Source: Wolbachia endosymbiont of Litomosoides sigmodontis
GTDB lineage: Bacteria > Pseudomonadota > Alphaproteobacteria > Rickettsiales > Anaplasmataceae
DNA length: 32,000 nucleotides
Assembly (NCBI RefSeq): GCF_013365435.1
Contig: NZ_CP046577.1
Location: 1 to 32,000, forward strand
Direction: 5' to 3'
This document shows, piece by piece, positions 29,340-32,000 of the stretch. The position numbers and the translations under genes were made by a program. Every line of letters begins with the position of its first letter. The first letter of the stretch is position 1. The notes beneath the pieces are model-generated. The model saw only the letters and a program-made list of their open reading frames with translations. It made no database searches and was not told the DNA's origin.

Positions 29340-31718
29340 ATGGAAAGTAACTATAATGCTGATGCAATAAAAATCTTAAGAGGTCTTGATGCTGTAAGAA
29401 AGCGTCCTGGTATGTACATTGGTGATACTGATGATGGGTCTGGTCTGCATCATATGGTGTATGAGGTTGTTGATAATGCGATAGATGAGTCTTTAGCTGG
29501 GTATTGTGACAAAATTGAAGTTAGCATAAATGAAGATGGCTCAGTATCTGTAATAGATAATGGTCGTGGCGTTCCAACTGATATTCATGAAGAAGAAGGA
29601 ATATCAGCAGCGGAAGTAATAATGACTCACCTGCATGCAGGTGGTAAATTTGATAGCAATACCTATAAGGTTTCTGGCGGATTACATGGCGTTGGAATCT
29701 CAGTTGTAAATGCATTATCAAGCTGGCTAGAGTTAACTATTTGGCGCAATAAGAAAGAGCACTTTATGCGCTTTGAAGATGGTGAGTCTATTGAACCTTT
29801 GAAGATAGTGAATGAAAACGTAAATAAAAGAGGAACTAAAGTAACATTCATGCCGTCAACCGAGATTTTTGGTAGTATTGATTTTAGTTATTCTACTCTT
29901 GGAAATCGTATCAGAGAATTAGCTTTTTTAAATTCAAATATTAACATCACTTTGCGAGACTTGCGTAACAAACCGTATACTGAATCTCACTTTAATAATA
30001 ATAAACAATCTAAGGATAATTTTGGCACGGCAAATTTCGTACGGTACTTAGACAAGAATAAAACGCATGTTACCAAAATTGTCAGCATGAAAGGTGATGT
30101 AACTGATCTTGGTATCAGCATGGAAATATCAATGGAGTGGAATGACTCTTACTACGAGCATATGTTATGCTTTACAAATAATATAAGACAACGGGATGGT
30201 GGTACTCATTTGGCAGGGTTTAGGTCTGCATTAACAAGATGTATCAATAACTATGCGACTGATGAAGGATTTTTAAAGAAAGCAAAAATTAGCTTGACTG
30301 GAGAAGATGTTAGAGAAGGTTTAACTTGTGTTTTGTCTCTCAAAATGCCTGATCCTAAGTTTTCTTCACAGACAAAAGACAAGTTAGTTAGTTCTGAAGC
30401 GCGCACAGTTGTGGAGAGCATAGTTTCTGATAAATTGAGTACAATACTTGAGACTGATCCAAAGTTGGCAGCGAGCATAGTAGAAAGAGTAATCAGGTCA
30501 GCTAAAGGAAGAGAAGCTGCAAGAAAAGCACGGGAGCTGGTTAAAAATAAAAACAGTATTGATATTTCTACATTACCTGGAAAGCTTGCTGATTGTCAGG
30601 AAAAAGTTCCTGAATTATCGGAATTATTTATAGTAGAGGGTAATTCTGCAGGTGGTACTGCGAAGCAGGGGCGTAATCGTAAAACACAAGCAGTACTTGC
30701 TTTAAGGGGGAAAATTTTAAACGTGGAACGTGTAAGTTTGGATCGTATTTTTTCATCTGCAGAAATAGGTTCTTTAATTACTGCAATTGGTGCGGGAATA
30801 GGAAGTGAACACTTTGATATTGAGAAAACTAGATATCACAAAATCATCATTATGACAGATGCAGACGTTGATGGTTCACATATAAGAACTTTGATTTTAA
30901 CTTTCTTTTTCCGGTATATGCGTGAAGTGATTGAAAGGGGCTATTTATATATAGCGCAGCCACCTCTTTATAAAGTTACGAAAAATGCTCAAGATACTTA
31001 TATTAAAGATGACGAGACTTTTGAGGAGTATATAGTTAACTCGGCAATCAAAAAGTTAACATTAAGCAATACAAACAAGGATTTGCGCTTTATCTTAAGC
31101 AAATGCCTTAATATTTCGAATATTAGTAAAAATTATGCTAGGGAAATACCACAAAATCTGTTGGAGTCGCTACTAGTTTTAAGTAAAAAGAATGCTCTAT
31201 CATCTGCTAATGAGGTGTTGAAATATTTAAGGTTAATGTATAGTGAATATACTTGGGAAGTAGAGGTGAAAAATGAAGAAGGAGAAGTTCACATTTCTAA
31301 ATTATTTCAAGGATTAGCAGATAAATATGTATTTCCACTTAACATGCTTGATAGCAAAGAAATACGAAATATATTAAGCTTTCTTGATGATGTAATTGAC
31401 TTATTTAATGGTGATTCATTTTTGAAGTCGCAAGAAACTGAAATAAAAATAAAATCTCCTAGTGCACTTGCAAAAATAGTGATGGACTATGGTAAAAAAG
31501 GTTTAACTCTGCAGAGGTTTAAAGGTCTTGGTGAAATGAATGCTGATCAACTATGGGATACTACGCTCAACCCAGAAACCAGGACTTTATTAAGAGTTGA
31601 AATAAAAGATTGTGAAGAGGCTAATTCTATATTCTCAGTGCTGATGGGTGATATAGTTGAACCACGCCGTAATTTTATCAATAATAATGCACTTAATGTA
31701 CATGATGTTGATATTTAA
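29340..31718 (+). CDS. gyrB: DNA gyrase subunit B
   Basis: 792-aa ORF with LRGLDAVRKRPGMYIGDT, GGLHGVG, the Toprim EGNSAGG and MTDADVDGSHI. It also has the ~170-aa proteobacterial insert and C-terminal QRFKGLGEMN. Confidence 0.96.
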   Translation: MESNYNADAIKILRGLDAVRKRPGMYIGDTDDGSGLHHMVYEVVDNAIDESLAGYCDKIEVSINEDGSVSVIDNGRGVPTDIHEEEGISAAEVIMTHLHAGGKFDSNTYKVSGGLHGVGISVVNALSSWLELTIWRNKKEHFMRFEDGESIEPLKIVNENVNKRGTKVTFMPSTEIFGSIDFSYSTLGNRIRELAFLNSNINITLRDLRNKPYTESHFNNNKQSKDNFGTANFVRYLDKNKTHVTKIVSMKGDVTDLGISMEISMEWNDSYYEHMLCFTNNIRQRDGGTHLAGFRSALTRCINNYATDEGFLKKAKISLTGEDVREGLTCVLSLKMPDPKFSSQTKDKLVSSEARTVVESIVSDKLSTILETDPKLAASIVERVIRSAKGREAARKARELVKNKNSIDISTLPGKLADCQEKVPELSELFIVEGNSAGGTAKQGRNRKTQAVLALRGKILNVERVSLDRIFSSAEIGSLITAIGAGIGSEHFDIEKTRYHKIIIMTDADVDGSHIRTLILTFFFRYMREVIERGYLYIAQPPLYKVTKNAQDTYIKDDETFEEYIVNSAIKKLTLSNTNKDLRFILSKCLNISNISKNYAREIPQNLLESLLVLSKKNALSSANEVLKYLRLMYSEYTWEVEVKNEEGEVHISKLFQGLADKYVFPLNMLDSKEIRNILSFLDDVIDLFNGDSFLKSQETEIKIKSPSALAKIVMDYGKKGLTLQRFKGLGEMNADQLWDTTLNPETRTLLRVEIKDCEEANSIFSVLMGDIVEPRRNFINNNALNVHDVDI

Positions 31719-31872
31719 GTTTGGGCTTGCTAAAAATAAAGCAGCCTGTAGCTTAACGTTTAGATTCAAGTGTTGTGTGTAACTGTACGATCATTTTGAT
31801 TTGATAAATCAGGGGTTCAAGTAGCTTATAGAAATGTAAAAAATTACTTGACGCCCTTTGCCGGCTTTCTTA

Positions 31873-32000
31873 AATATTAATTCTCATTATTAATGGGCAA
31901 ATAAGTGCATTGCAGAGTTATTTAATTGCGGGGTAAAAAAAGGTAATAAATTTACACAAAGCGTTCTTAAATAGAGCAGTTATATTACAAATTTTATTAT
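31873..32000 (-). mobile_element. IS630-family element, 3' end of a further degenerate copy running off the window
   Basis: AATATTAATTCTCATTATTAATGGGCAAATAAGTGCATTGCAGAG... aligns with the starts of the minus-strand copies at 3401, 9008 and 19980. Confidence 0.65.

Noticed and set aside
29521-30478. Three minus-strand ORFs (62-75 aa) inside gyrB
   Set aside because: They are antisense to a highly conserved full-length gene.
1-32000. Search for CRISPR arrays, rRNA, tmRNA/RNase P-like GC-rich structured RNAs, prophage, ankyrin, type IV secretion or toxin-antitoxin genes
   Set aside because: There are no regularly spaced short direct repeats. The only GC-rich structured segment is the tRNA at 27895-27968. 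No ORF carries motifs of these families.

Overview
AT-rich alphaproteobacterial endosymbiont DNA. The protein sequences and gene neighbourhood look like Wolbachia (Anaplasmataceae): hemE beside a non-coding region with DnaA-box-like sites, an isolated nuoABC block, murF, an LDH-type mdh, and many dead IS630 copies. A reduced, nematode-type strain is plausible, but strain identity cannot be verified from the sequence alone.

Contents:
- 18 intact-looking housekeeping CDS: hemE, aspartate aminotransferase, elbB, ispH, two tandem APC permeases, asd, 5-formyl-THF cyclo-ligase, a PyrK-like oxidoreductase fragment, purF, mpg, mdh, nuoC/B/A, a HIT protein, murF, gyrB.
- Four orphan ORFs.
- One tRNA-Arg(UCU).
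- One clear pseudogene (NDUFA9-like epimerase).
- A 1.5-kb ORF-free decayed stretch.
- Ten pieces of a single heavily decayed IS630-family element, about 6.7 kb or a fifth of the window, with no intact transposase.

I found no CRISPR array, rRNA, prophage, secretion system, toxin-antitoxin pair or recognisable defence module, so I do not claim a novel multi-gene system.

Most unusual observations:
1. A 1.06-kb IS-derived palindrome between tRNA-Arg and gyrB. Its arms are base-for-base identical over 424 bp but diverged both at the outer ends and next to the loop, which is the pattern expected from arm-to-arm gene conversion.
2. A recurrent nested IS-in-IS architecture with the same junction at two loci and probably a third.
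3. A candidate oriC upstream of hemE.
4. Gene decay: an epimerase pseudogene with a compensated frameshift pair, and a PyrK-like ORF that lacks its FAD-binding domain.

All identity percentages are by-eye estimates.
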